Assembly: GCA_963733675.1 (NCBI GenBank)
Contig: CAVTET010000005.1
Location: 192,001 to 256,000, forward strand
Reading direction: 5' to 3'
Length of the DNA: 64,000 bases
Source: an uncultured Methanosarcinaceae archaeon
GTDB taxonomy: Archaea > Halobacteriota > Methanosarcinia > Methanosarcinales > Methanosarcinaceae
Shown: positions 12,286-21,519 of the stretch, piece after piece
Position numbering within the stretch: the first letter of the stretch is position 1
How the letters are laid out: the number at the start of each line of letters is the position of its first letter
Program-made: the position numbers and the translations under genes
The notes under the pieces: model-generated
Database searches by the model: none
Told to the model about the DNA's origin: nothing
The model's input: the letters and a program-made list of their open reading frames with translations, nothing else

Positions 12286-13545
12286 CAAAAGTTCTAATTT
12301 AGGAGAATAAGAAACTGGATTTTTTGGGTGATAATTAAATGAAAATTGACAGAGTTATGGTACAAATATATATGTTAAACCTCGGTAACAACTGAAATTT
12401 ATTTAAATATATTTGAAGTTGAGAATTACATTTCTAAGGGCTTGAGATTGCTAATTTTTATCTTCAATTAATAATATTCTCCAAACGAAATTTTTAGCTC
12501 CAGATTAATATCTTTTTCTCTAGCACTAACTCGCTTGTTTTATATCTTAGATTCATCTGCCTCCCAATATCTAAAGAAGGTTGATACCTTTCAGATTCGT
12601 TAGCATTATCCAGGATACAATCTGATATTTTCGATTTGATGAATTATTCCGATAAAAAAGCCCTTGATAATGATACTTGTGTTACCGGATCAAATTCTAT
12701 TATTTATCCCTTTTCCCATCTTATGATATTTATCAGGGCTTCATGGAATATGTAATTGCTTTTTTAATGGGAATACTTTTTAAGCCCTGAATACGTGCAA
12801 ATATGGATTTCATAGTTTATATGTGCTCATAAAACCCTGAATAAACTCTAAAGAAAATTTCGATAACCTGCAGATTTTCAAGAATTATTATGCTCCTGTT
12901 CAAAATTGGATTATTTTTCCAAAATTAATCAATTCTCTTAAATCCAATTTTAATTCTAGCTGGGAATTAATTTAAACAAAAAATTTCTTCTCGATCACAT
13001 TTAAGCTATGGATTTATGGTAGATTAAGAGACTCTAATCGCAGCTATTAAATGTGCCATACATAAGTTAGCAAATATCTACTTTGATTCGATAATTCGGT
13101 ATATACTTCAATTATGAACTGTCCGAACAAACATTATCAAAATCCGACAGTTAGTGAAAATCAGCCCACTGAAATTTACTCAGTAAATCTTAGTAATATG
13201 GGTAATGATGCTATGTTCCGTAAGTGAATACTACATTTAATCGCAAATAATCTTATTAACACCATCACTTACCATTTATTATTGGATTTTTGATATTTGT
13301 TTCTAAATATTATTTGTATTAAGGCTTAACCAATTGATTTAGCTTTTCTTCTGTTAGGAGAACTCTTTGGAGGGATAAAATATTACTAATTATTTAATTA
13401 ATAATATTTTGTTTACATTGAATTAACTCCTGTGTTAACTTTATATAGCCAATAGTCTAATAATTTTTTGTATGATAACTTTTAATATTTTTGTATTCAT
13501 ACACATAGTGGGGGTATAGCATATGCAGATGCATAAGGGGGTAGA

Positions 13546-15147
13546 TTGGGTTTGCTTTCAGTCCATGCACTTGATTCTAATTTGCTAATTTCAGACCCAG
13601 TTAGTGTATTATCTTCGCAATCTCAACTTATTGATAGGTTTATCAGACATGAGTTTACTGTTTTGATTCCAACTCAAAACGAGGAAGCTTCCATTGGAAG
13701 CAAAGTCTTACTAGCGGCAAGTTATGCTGACCGTGTACTCATACTTGATAAAGGCTCTACCGATAGGACTGTGGAAGTAGCGGCTCTAGGAGGAGCAAGA
13801 GTTGTTCCTCTAGCAGGCGGAGAGGAAGCATTGCTCCAAGTTCTTTACAAGTCATCCATTGATTCTGATATTGTGGTCCTTATTTATCCGGAATGCATGC
13901 AGGATATAGATCTTCTCTCACACATTCTTGAACCATTAAAGAAAGGTTTTGATTTGTCTGTAGGCTCCTGGCCCTGCCATGTCTCCTGTGAGCAAGAAAC
14001 AGTGATGCTTCTTAATGGGAAAAATACTTTTAAGGAGAATATAGGTTTCTTTGCCGTAACCGCAGATTCACTGCAGAAAATAAATTTAGGTAAAGAGCAT
14101 TTGTCTTTAAAATCCCTGCTATATGCAGCGAAGACCGAAAAGCTTAGAGTAAATTACCTGAGCTTCGATGTTGATCCTATATTCAGAAAGCTTGAAAACA
14201 CACGAATAGGAGTGGTAGTGCCTGCTTATAATGAAGAATTGCTCATAGGTGAGACTCTTAGAGGGATGCCTGAATATGTAGATAGGATCTATGTAATTGA
14301 TGATGGTAGTATAGATCGCACCGGTGAGGTTGTAAAAAAGCTCGGAGATCCAAGGATAGTATACCTCCGACATGAGTTTAACAAAGGCGTAGGTGCAGGA
14401 ATAATAGATGGGTATAAACTTGCCATGAAAGATGAGATGGATATCGTTGCTGTTATGGCCGGAGACAATCAAATGGATCCTGCTCAGCTACCCAGGTTAA
14501 TTTTCCCAATAATTGAGGGAAAAGCTGATTATACAAAGGGTAACAGGCTACTATCCGATGATTTTATGATCGGAATGAGCAAATGGAGATCTTTTGGTAA
14601 CATTCTTCTTAGCTTCATCACAAAAATAGGCAGTGGTTACTGGCAGGTTATGGACCCACAGAATGGATATACAGCTATTTCCAGGCAGGCCCTGGAGGTT
14701 ATAGATCTGGATTCAGTTTATCCTTATTATGGTTATTGTAACGATTTGTTAATTAAGCTTAATGCCTTTGGAATGAGAGTAATGGATGTGGTAATACCCG
14801 CCCGTTACGGCAGAGAAAAATCAAAGATCCGTTACGGCAAGTATATTCAAAAAGTAGCTCCAATGATTTTTAGGGGCTTTCTATGGAGGTTAAGAATAAA
14901 ATATACTGTGCTAGATTTCCATCCTTTGGTATTATTCTACTTCATTGGAATGATTTCCCTACCTGTAGGTGTTCTTTTAGGGCTATGGGGTTTTCTGCAG
15001 ATGCTATTGCATAATTCCCTGCCTCCCTACTCCCCTCTCCTTGAATTCCTTATACTAGGTGCAGGACTTCAGATGATTCTTTTCGGGATGCTTTTTGACA
15101 TGCAGACTGAAAAGAAAAGGAATGAGAGGGTGGGACTTACTCGTTAA
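13546..15147 (+). CDS. Family 2 glycosyltransferase (degenerate N-terminal GT2-like domain, full GT2 domain, C-terminal TM helices)
   Basis: VLIPTQNEE...DKGSTDRT (N-terminal) and VVVPAYNEE...IDDGSIDRT...NKGVGAGI...MAGDNQMDP...DPQNGYTA; two hydrophobic C-terminal segments. Confidence 0.88.
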   Translation: MGLLSVHALDSNLLISDPVSVLSSQSQLIDRFIRHEFTVLIPTQNEEASIGSKVLLAASYADRVLILDKGSTDRTVEVAALGGARVVPLAGGEEALLQVLYKSSIDSDIVVLIYPECMQDIDLLSHILEPLKKGFDLSVGSWPCHVSCEQETVMLLNGKNTFKENIGFFAVTADSLQKINLGKEHLSLKSLLYAAKTEKLRVNYLSFDVDPIFRKLENTRIGVVVPAYNEELLIGETLRGMPEYVDRIYVIDDGSIDRTGEVVKKLGDPRIVYLRHEFNKGVGAGIIDGYKLAMKDEMDIVAVMAGDNQMDPAQLPRLIFPIIEGKADYTKGNRLLSDDFMIGMSKWRSFGNILLSFITKIGSGYWQVMDPQNGYTAISRQALEVIDLDSVYPYYGYCNDLLIKLNAFGMRVMDVVIPARYGREKSKIRYGKYIQKVAPMIFRGFLWRLRIKYTVLDFHPLVLFYFIGMISLPVGVLLGLWGFLQMLLHNSLPPYSPLLEFLILGAGLQMILFGMLFDMQTEKKRNERVGLTR

Positions 15148-15521
15148 AATTCGAAAGATTTTCTTCTAGAATTTTTTTCTCAATTTGCTGTCTTAGTTTT
15201 AGATATTGTTTATTAAATCAGAGTTTTATCTCTAAGCTTTAAAATACCCACTCATAAAAAGACTCTCATATCTCTATATAGGCATATATGGGCATAATAT
15301 ATCTTTATTATGTTATAGCTATATAATTTTAGATATATATAACAAAATTATACATCTATATAACTTAACAACTTGTTTATTATTCAAACTATAGTCCTCC
15401 TACAAATATTTGTCTAAATATAGGCTAACTACTGAATAGAAATTAAGACAATAAATAATATAAACTATAATTTTCAGTTTTCTTTAAATGTTCCCTGAGG
15501 TTATTGAATTTATAGTGATTT

Positions 15522-15614
15522 AAGAGGGTTTCGATGAACACCTAAAAATCGTCCTATGCTTATAGATTGGATATAAATGACTCGTGAAAATCAGAAGTTT
15601 ATCGAAATTTTCTG
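15522..15614 (-). mobile_element. ~95-bp MITE (family A), reverse orientation
   Basis: agagggtttcgatgaac...cgtcctatgc...aaatgactcgtgaaaatcagaagtttatcgaaattttct. Confidence 0.7.
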
Positions 15615-15670
15615 TAATTATTGTCTCTATTCTCTATGCCTTAAGAGTGATCTTTCTTGAGGATATTCAA

Positions 15671-15916
15671 ATGAGTGCAGATAGCATGAAACACGATCAT
15701 GAGATGAAAAACATGATGGACCACGTTGATGATACATCTAAAAAAGTAAAGGATCAACTATGTGGTAAGAGGATGGATAAAAGCAGTAAAAAATATCCAC
15801 AAGCAAGACAACAAGGTATGATTAAAGATTACATCTCAAGTCAGAGCTTCAATCCTTCCATTAGATGGCAGAATGCCTTATTTTCGGTCAAGTTACAAAT
15901 CTTAATAAATTATTAA
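15671..15916 (+). pseudogene. Probable remnant of a His/Met-rich, YHS-like small metal-binding protein
   Basis: MSADSMKHDHEMKNMMDH...KDQLCGKRMD resembles a degenerate DPVCGMxVD motif; the track ORF start at 15584 lies inside a MITE. Confidence 0.35.
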
Positions 15917-16196
15917 ATAGATAGATTCCATTTTCTAAGAACCCAATTAAACCAACTTTCTGAGGATGTTATACAATATTGTCATATATTCTCTCAATAT
16001 AATATTAACTTAAAAATTAACCTAACTTTTAATGGGTAAGATGGTGGAAATCGGCAAATGAAATTCTACACTGTGTACAACTATATATGAGTGATTGCAA
16101 GTAGTTTATTTATAAATTTCTAAATCTATATATGTGTCTATATATATATATGTGAAATAGATTACTTCTAGTATAACTATCAATAAAAATTATCAC

Positions 16197-17063
16197 TTAA
16201 TCATTATTAAGCGATGGATCTTTTGTTAGCCTTAATCTCTGAAAAATTAGGGTAATAATGTAAAGAAAGAATACTATGCTAGTTATAAAAAAGCTCACGG
16301 GGTAAGGTTCATAGAACGAAATAAAAAGTCCGAGCCACGTCGCTATTAGAGCAATAAATACCGAGATCATTATACCTTGTTTGGGGCGTTTTGCAAATCG
16401 ATGAGCTATCGCTGCTGGTGTAATCATTAATGAGAAAATAAGAAGGACACCAACTACTTGAACGGCGAAAGATGTCGCAACCGCGACCATAAGCATGAAA
16501 ATTATTCCAAGCAAAAGCGTCGGTAATCCTTTTACTTCTGCTACATCTTCATCAAGAGATGAAAATAAAAGTGGCCGATATAAGATCCCGGTCAAAAAAA
16601 GAATTCCCAAGCTGGATATAAATGTCACAATGACATCATTGTTACTAATACCCAATATTTCTCCGAACAAAATAGAGTAGGCTTCGGTTGCATAGCCATG
16701 ATAGAGGCTAATGAACAGAACACCAAGGCCAAGCATGAATGAAAGGACTATTCCAATTTGAGTGTCGCGCGAAGCTGCGCGGCGACCAAGTATTGCTATT
16801 GCTATACCACCCCAGCTCGTGAACAGTAGAAGGCCTATTATAGGGGCGATCCCTAAGAGCACGGCGCCTGCTGCCCCTGCAAAGCCAATATGAGCAAGAG
16901 CATGCGCTGCGAACGATGAGCGACGAAGTACAATAAAGTAACCTACGACTCCTGCGATGATTGCAACTATAGTTCCGACCTCAAAGGCATGCTGCATAAA
17001 TCCGTACTGCCACATCACTTGCAGGTCAGTTAATAAATTAATACTAAATGACATACTAATCAT
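16197..17063 (-). CDS. Zn/Mn ABC transporter permease (ZnuB/MntB type)
   Basis: FAAHALAHIGFAG, YSILFGEILGIS, VVGVLLIFSLMITPAA; multiple TM helices. Confidence 0.9.
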   Translation of the reverse strand: MISMSFSINLLTDLQVMWQYGFMQHAFEVGTIVAIIAGVVGYFIVLRRSSFAAHALAHIGFAGAAGAVLLGIAPIIGLLLFTSWGGIAIAILGRRAASRDTQIGIVLSFMLGLGVLFISLYHGYATEAYSILFGEILGISNNDVIVTFISSLGILFLTGILYRPLLFSSLDEDVAEVKGLPTLLLGIIFMLMVAVATSFAVQVVGVLLIFSLMITPAAIAHRFAKRPKQGIMISVFIALIATWLGLFISFYEPYPVSFFITSIVFFLYIITLIFQRLRLTKDPSLNND

Positions 17064-17853
17064 AATGGTGCTGGTTTTCTTCGATACCTATTACTGCGAT
17101 CTGGCCCTGCGAACCATGCAGGACCTCAACCTGTGTTCCATATAAAGCCGATAGAGATTCCGACGTAAGGACTTCGTTAGGCTTGCCGATTGCTATCTTT
17201 CCATTGACTATATAGATAACTTTATCAAGAAAATGTAAGAGTGGATTAATGTTATGAGCTATAAGCAATGCTGTTGCAGTGCGCGCCCGAACTACGTTAT
17301 CGATAAGCTGCCCTAATTCTCGCTCACGCCTAATATCAAGGTTTGACAATGGCTCATCGAGCAACAATAAATTGGGGTTGCTGACCAACGCTTCAGCTAG
17401 AAATACCTGCTGTAATTCTCCGCCTGACAATACACCGAGAGAACGGTGTGCTAGATCTTCTGCTCCAACAGTTTTCAGCACATCTAAAGCGTATTTGCGG
17501 TCTTTTTGGGAAAATGGATTAAAACCCCACCTTTTTCCAGAAAATCCGAGTCTTACCAATTCAAGGGATTCGATGGTCATTTCTGGATCAATTAAGTGTC
17601 TTTGTGGCACGAAACCGATATTTGGATTGCCGCGTTTAGGTGGAGTATTAAATATTTTAATTTTGCCTCGAATAGGTTGCTGCATCCCGAGAAGTAAACG
17701 AAACAGGGTTGTTTTTCCCGATCCATTGGGGCCGATGACCGCCACGAATTCACCGTGGTCTATAGTAAAATTGGCGTCCTGCCAAATGATTTTGTTCTGG
17801 TATCCTGCCGCCAAATTTTCAACTGCAATAATATTAGGATAGTTTGCGTTCAT
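17056..17853 (-). CDS. Zn/Mn ABC transporter ATPase (ZnuC type)
   Basis: GPNGSGKTT, LSGGELQ, LLLDEPLSNLD, H-loop IAHNIN; His-containing tail. Confidence 0.9.
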   Translation of the reverse strand: MNANYPNIIAVENLAAGYQNKIIWQDANFTIDHGEFVAVIGPNGSGKTTLFRLLLGMQQPIRGKIKIFNTPPKRGNPNIGFVPQRHLIDPEMTIESLELVRLGFSGKRWGFNPFSQKDRKYALDVLKTVGAEDLAHRSLGVLSGGELQQVFLAEALVSNPNLLLLDEPLSNLDIRRERELGQLIDNVVRARTATALLIAHNINPLLHFLDKVIYIVNGKIAIGKPNEVLTSESLSALYGTQVEVLHGSQGQIAVIGIEENQHHYD

Positions 17854-17856
17854 TTA

Positions 17857-18804
17857 TTATTTCCTAAGAGCTTTTGCATTTAGCGCATTCTGAAGAAATA
17901 TTAATTCTGAGTTCATCCAATCCTGGAACGAAGCATCTGGCGGCTGTATGGTTTCTGTGATACCAACCAGGGGTATGCCTTCTTCTGTAGCTAGTTTCTT
18001 CATATTATTCGTGATCGGCGTTACCGTTTGCTGGTTATATGCCAGCAAACTCACATTTCCACTCCTAAGCTGTGTCTCAAATTGCACAATGCTCTCAGCT
18101 GATGGGTCGTTCCCTTCGGCAACAGCTTGGGTAAACGCAGAAGGAGAGCTCAGGTCAAGATCTGTAGTGTTTGCTAGGTATACAAAGATATTTTCTGTGG
18201 CTGCTACTTTCGTGCCTCCAAATTGTTGTTTGATCTCAGTGGTCTTATTTTGATATTTTGAAAGCGATAATTGCAAGCTTGCATAATTCTGTTCAAAATA
18301 TGCAGAATTGGTCGGATCGATAGAAATCAGATCTTCTTTCATCTGTTTCACTGTCAAGTTCACATAATCTGGGTTATACCAGAAATGAGGATTATCACCC
18401 TCTTTTTTTCCGAGAAGCTTTGCCACGTTCAAAATTTTACAGTCTGATTTAACACCAGCTCCAATAAGCTTGTTAGCCCAGCTGTCATATCCAGCTCCGT
18501 TAACAACTATGTAGTCTGCCATGGCAAAAGCGCGCGCATTTTCAGTGTTGCTTTCGTATTCATGTGGATCAGCATTGGGATCTGAAACTATGTTCAACAC
18601 TTTTACATGCGTTCCACCAATCTGAGATACCAAGCTGCCCCAAAAATTTTCAGCGGCAACAATTTGTATGTTTTTTGTAGTATTTGTGGCAACGGAATTA
18701 TTATTGGCGCCAAAAGGACTTGAGTGATAATCCGTTATTACGATAGAAGAAACGAGGGCAATAAGGGTCCCCACTCCTATTGCAATATAAGTTGCATATT
18801 TCAT
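17857..18804 (-). CDS. Zn/Mn ABC transporter substrate-binding protein (ZnuA/TroA family)
   Basis: N-terminal anchor; DPNADPHEYE and NPHFWY metal-binding His motifs; NGAGYDSW. Confidence 0.9.
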   Translation of the reverse strand: MKYATYIAIGVGTLIALVSSIVITDYHSSPFGANNNSVATNTTKNIQIVAAENFWGSLVSQIGGTHVKVLNIVSDPNADPHEYESNTENARAFAMADYIVVNGAGYDSWANKLIGAGVKSDCKILNVAKLLGKKEGDNPHFWYNPDYVNLTVKQMKEDLISIDPTNSAYFEQNYASLQLSLSKYQNKTTEIKQQFGGTKVAATENIFVYLANTTDLDLSSPSAFTQAVAEGNDPSAESIVQFETQLRSGNVSLLAYNQQTVTPITNNMKKLATEEGIPLVGITETIQPPDASFQDWMNSELIFLQNALNAKALRK

Positions 18805-18927
18805 AATTTTCTACCTAATGGATGTGAATGAATTATCTAGCTGCTCTCAAACTCAGAATTCATGATTTGAATCTCGTATTTTGAGCACATAATAGAGATT
18901 CTGATCATAAAAACAATTATGAAGAAT

Positions 18928-19047
18928 CTAGGACTTACACACTTGAGGTATAAAACAAATCGCAATGGATTTTGTGGCTAAAATTATATTTGAATCGTTA
19001 AAAGTTTAATGCTGTTGAGCTTTTCATTTCAACTGCTGAAGTCCTAG
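18928..19047. mobile_element. ~120-bp MITE (family B)
   Basis: Terminal inverted repeats ctaggacttacacacttga ... tcaactgctgaagtcctag; no ORF. Confidence 0.7.
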
Positions 19048-19236
19048 ATTCCTAATGATTAAGATTAAAATGGGATTTATGGAAATTGAACTGGGCAACT
19101 TCTGCATTAGATATTCAACTGTCTAATGCTCAATAATTCTAGCGACATCATATCTCTTTGATTTTATTTCTCAATTACATAAGTTCCAATAGAATGAGTT
19201 TTGGATGAACTTAGTATGTCACTGCCCATTGATAAA

Positions 19237-19257
19237 TGTTTGGATATCTACCAAACA
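19237..19257. promoter_or_regulatory. Candidate metal-repressor operator upstream of the metal ABC operon
   Basis: TGTTTGG-atatcta-CCAAACA palindrome immediately downstream (minus strand) of TATA-like sequences at ~19265-19298. Confidence 0.4.
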
Positions 19258-19699
19258 ATTTGTACCATATAAAATATAATTAGTTCTATTTATATAATTA
19301 TTTAGATTAAAAAATAAACTAAAAAAATTAACTTAATTGTAAGAAAATATTCAATTTTATTTTCGAAACTCATACCTATATTTATTGACATAGGTACCGT
19401 GAATAATTCCTATTAATAGACCTTATATGCTATTCAAATGTTAAAAAATCATTCTGTAATAACATATTTTTAAATGGAGATTTTCTGTTTCAACTAATAT
19501 CAGGTATTATTCATAAGTTACTGAAAACACCGAATACAATAATTTCTCGACATTTTCCTCGAATTTAGGGATAGTTCTCTTTTTTTCACAATTGATCAAT
19601 AACTCATGGATACTACTTAAAAGAAACATGAGGCTAAATAAACAGATTTGAAAACCTTGCTGATAGAAGGTTTTCATTGATAATGATTAAAATCAAAAA

Positions 19700-19915
19700 T
19701 TAGAGCTTTTTAGTATACTTCCTATACTTTGGTTGACAATCTATGCAGTCAACCGGATGTCCTTCAATTGATTTGAATGGAACTTCTGTCTCAACGTCAC
19801 AATCAGAGCAAACAGCCTGTACATTCTCTAGAATCACTGATTCTGTCCCTAAATCCGGCCATTTCGTTGTCTCTACTACTCCTTCAGTAAGAATTTCTCT
19901 AGTCATCAAACCCAT
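19700..19915 (-). CDS. Small CxxC-x17-CxxC zinc-ribbon protein
   Basis: AVCSDCDVETEVPFKSIEGHPVDCIDCQ; ATG at 19915 preceded by GGAGGT. Confidence 0.75.
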   Translation of the reverse strand: MGLMTREILTEGVVETTKWPDLGTESVILENVQAVCSDCDVETEVPFKSIEGHPVDCIDCQPKYRKYTKKL

Positions 19916-20435
19916 TTTTGTTCTACCTCCATTACAGTGGCTATACAAATATTTATTTATAAAAAGGTGGTAAAATATTTATTATTTAAAAACAAACAAA
20001 GATGGAATTTGGTAATGTCGCAAATTTGCTGTAAAATTCAAAAGTAAGTTTTTGTGTAACGTATATAATTTTGTTCTTCAGGTCTGGAATTTTCTACCAT
20101 ACAACTTCGTTATGATTTTACAGAATAATCAGCACAATACCTAGAGTTTTCGCCAATAGATTATAGATCGCATTATTTTTACTAATTGTACAAACATTTT
20201 TATGTAATATAGATCGACGCATTTGTGGCATAAAATCAGACTCAATTAGCATTATACTTAAATTCATTTTTAAAATAATGATAAATGTACTGATACGGAT
20301 TTATTAAATTTTTAAGACTTGTTATTGAAAAAAGCAAACATAATAATCTCTATGTTTTTTTCTCAAAAATAGGATTTACTAAAATTTGAGGCATATGCAA
20401 AAATTATTAAATATTATATGCATATATACCAAATT

Positions 20436-20869
20436 ATGAAACGTAATGATGGTCTGGAGTTAAGCCCTAAAAAAGTGAATATTTAAAGTATATATTTGAG
20501 AAAGGAGGTATTGTCCGTACAACAGACATATCAGATAATTTTCACCTTGACCCGTCAACGATCACTAAAACTATACAAGAGATGTCCTCTACGGGTTTTA
20601 TAGAATATGTGCCCTATAGGGGCATTAGTCTGACATGCAAGGGTACAGAGTATGCTGAGTTTTTGGTTAGGCGTCACAGGGTTATAGAATTAATGCTATC
20701 TCACTATGGACTTTCTGGGTGTGAAGCTTGTGATGAAGCTTTAAAGTTTGAGGGGTATGTCTCAAAGGACGTGGTTAATAAGATTTGCCGTTCTCTAGGG
20801 CATCCAAGAGTAGGTATTTGCGGTAGAATCAAGCATAATAAAAGCTGTTGTTCTCTTGAAGAAAATTGA
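20436..20869 (+). pseudogene. DtxR/MntR-family metal-dependent repressor with a single-base frameshift
   Basis: ATG 20436 reads MKRNDGLELSPKK, then the -1 frame continues EYLKYIFEKGGIVRTTDISDNFHLDPSTITKTIQEM...YVPYRGISLT...RRHRVIELML; span is 434 nt, one short of 145 codons. Confidence 0.8.
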
Positions 20870-20919
20870 TTAATAGTTGTCAAATAAAATTAATGAAATA
20901 TTACCCCTAAACCAATAAG

Positions 20920-21010
20920 AAATACCTCGATAAACCTCTTATTTTCACGAGTTATTTACATATTGTTTGTACTCACATGACATAAATGTAGAGTTTACTT
21001 AAATATCCCA
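20920..21010 (+). mobile_element. Degenerate MITE (family A)
   Basis: cctcgataaacctcttattttcacgagttattt...cacatgacataaat...agagtttacttaaatatccc. Confidence 0.55.
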
Positions 21011-21191
21011 AAATAAATTTACGATGTCTGTAGACAAAGTTGAGTCATTTTTCATTATCATAAATCAATGACTTCATGACCTTAAATAATCTTTCGCGAT
21101 ACTATTTTTATTTAATTAATGGTGTAGAATTACGAGATATGGGACTACTGAACTAGCAAATAGTATATAGTAAAAGGTTTCTATATAATTT

Positions 21192-21312
21192 ATAGAGGAT
21201 TTTGAGAAACTTATAATTTTCCCGAATCATTTAATATATAATTTATAATCACATGAAATATATAATTTATAATCACATGACAAAATTTATGAGTTTATAG
21301 AAATATTTTATA
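21192..21312 (+). mobile_element. MITE (family A) carrying an internal perfect 24-bp tandem duplication
   Basis: tagaggattttgagaaac...; aatatataatttataatcacatga repeated at 21233-21256 and 21257-21280; ends gagtttatagaaatattt. Confidence 0.65.
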
Positions 21313-21519
21313 TAACTTTGCAGGTTAGTTTTATATACCGCAAGTTTATATAATTAACCGAAGAATATATGGGGTTACAGTAACTTCAGGCATGTATTAA
21401 TCATGGCATCCGCTTTTTGCCAATCATTTTGTCACTAAGTTTTTTATTTTTTAGAAAGCTTCAAATGTAAATATTGATTAGATAACGTCTATAATAACGT
21501 TAGAATATGTGAGCTAACC

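Noticed and set aside
20011-20235. Possible IS1-like MITE (ggtaatgtcgcaaat ... atttgtggcat)
   Set aside because: Inverted repeat too degenerate and no second copy recognised.
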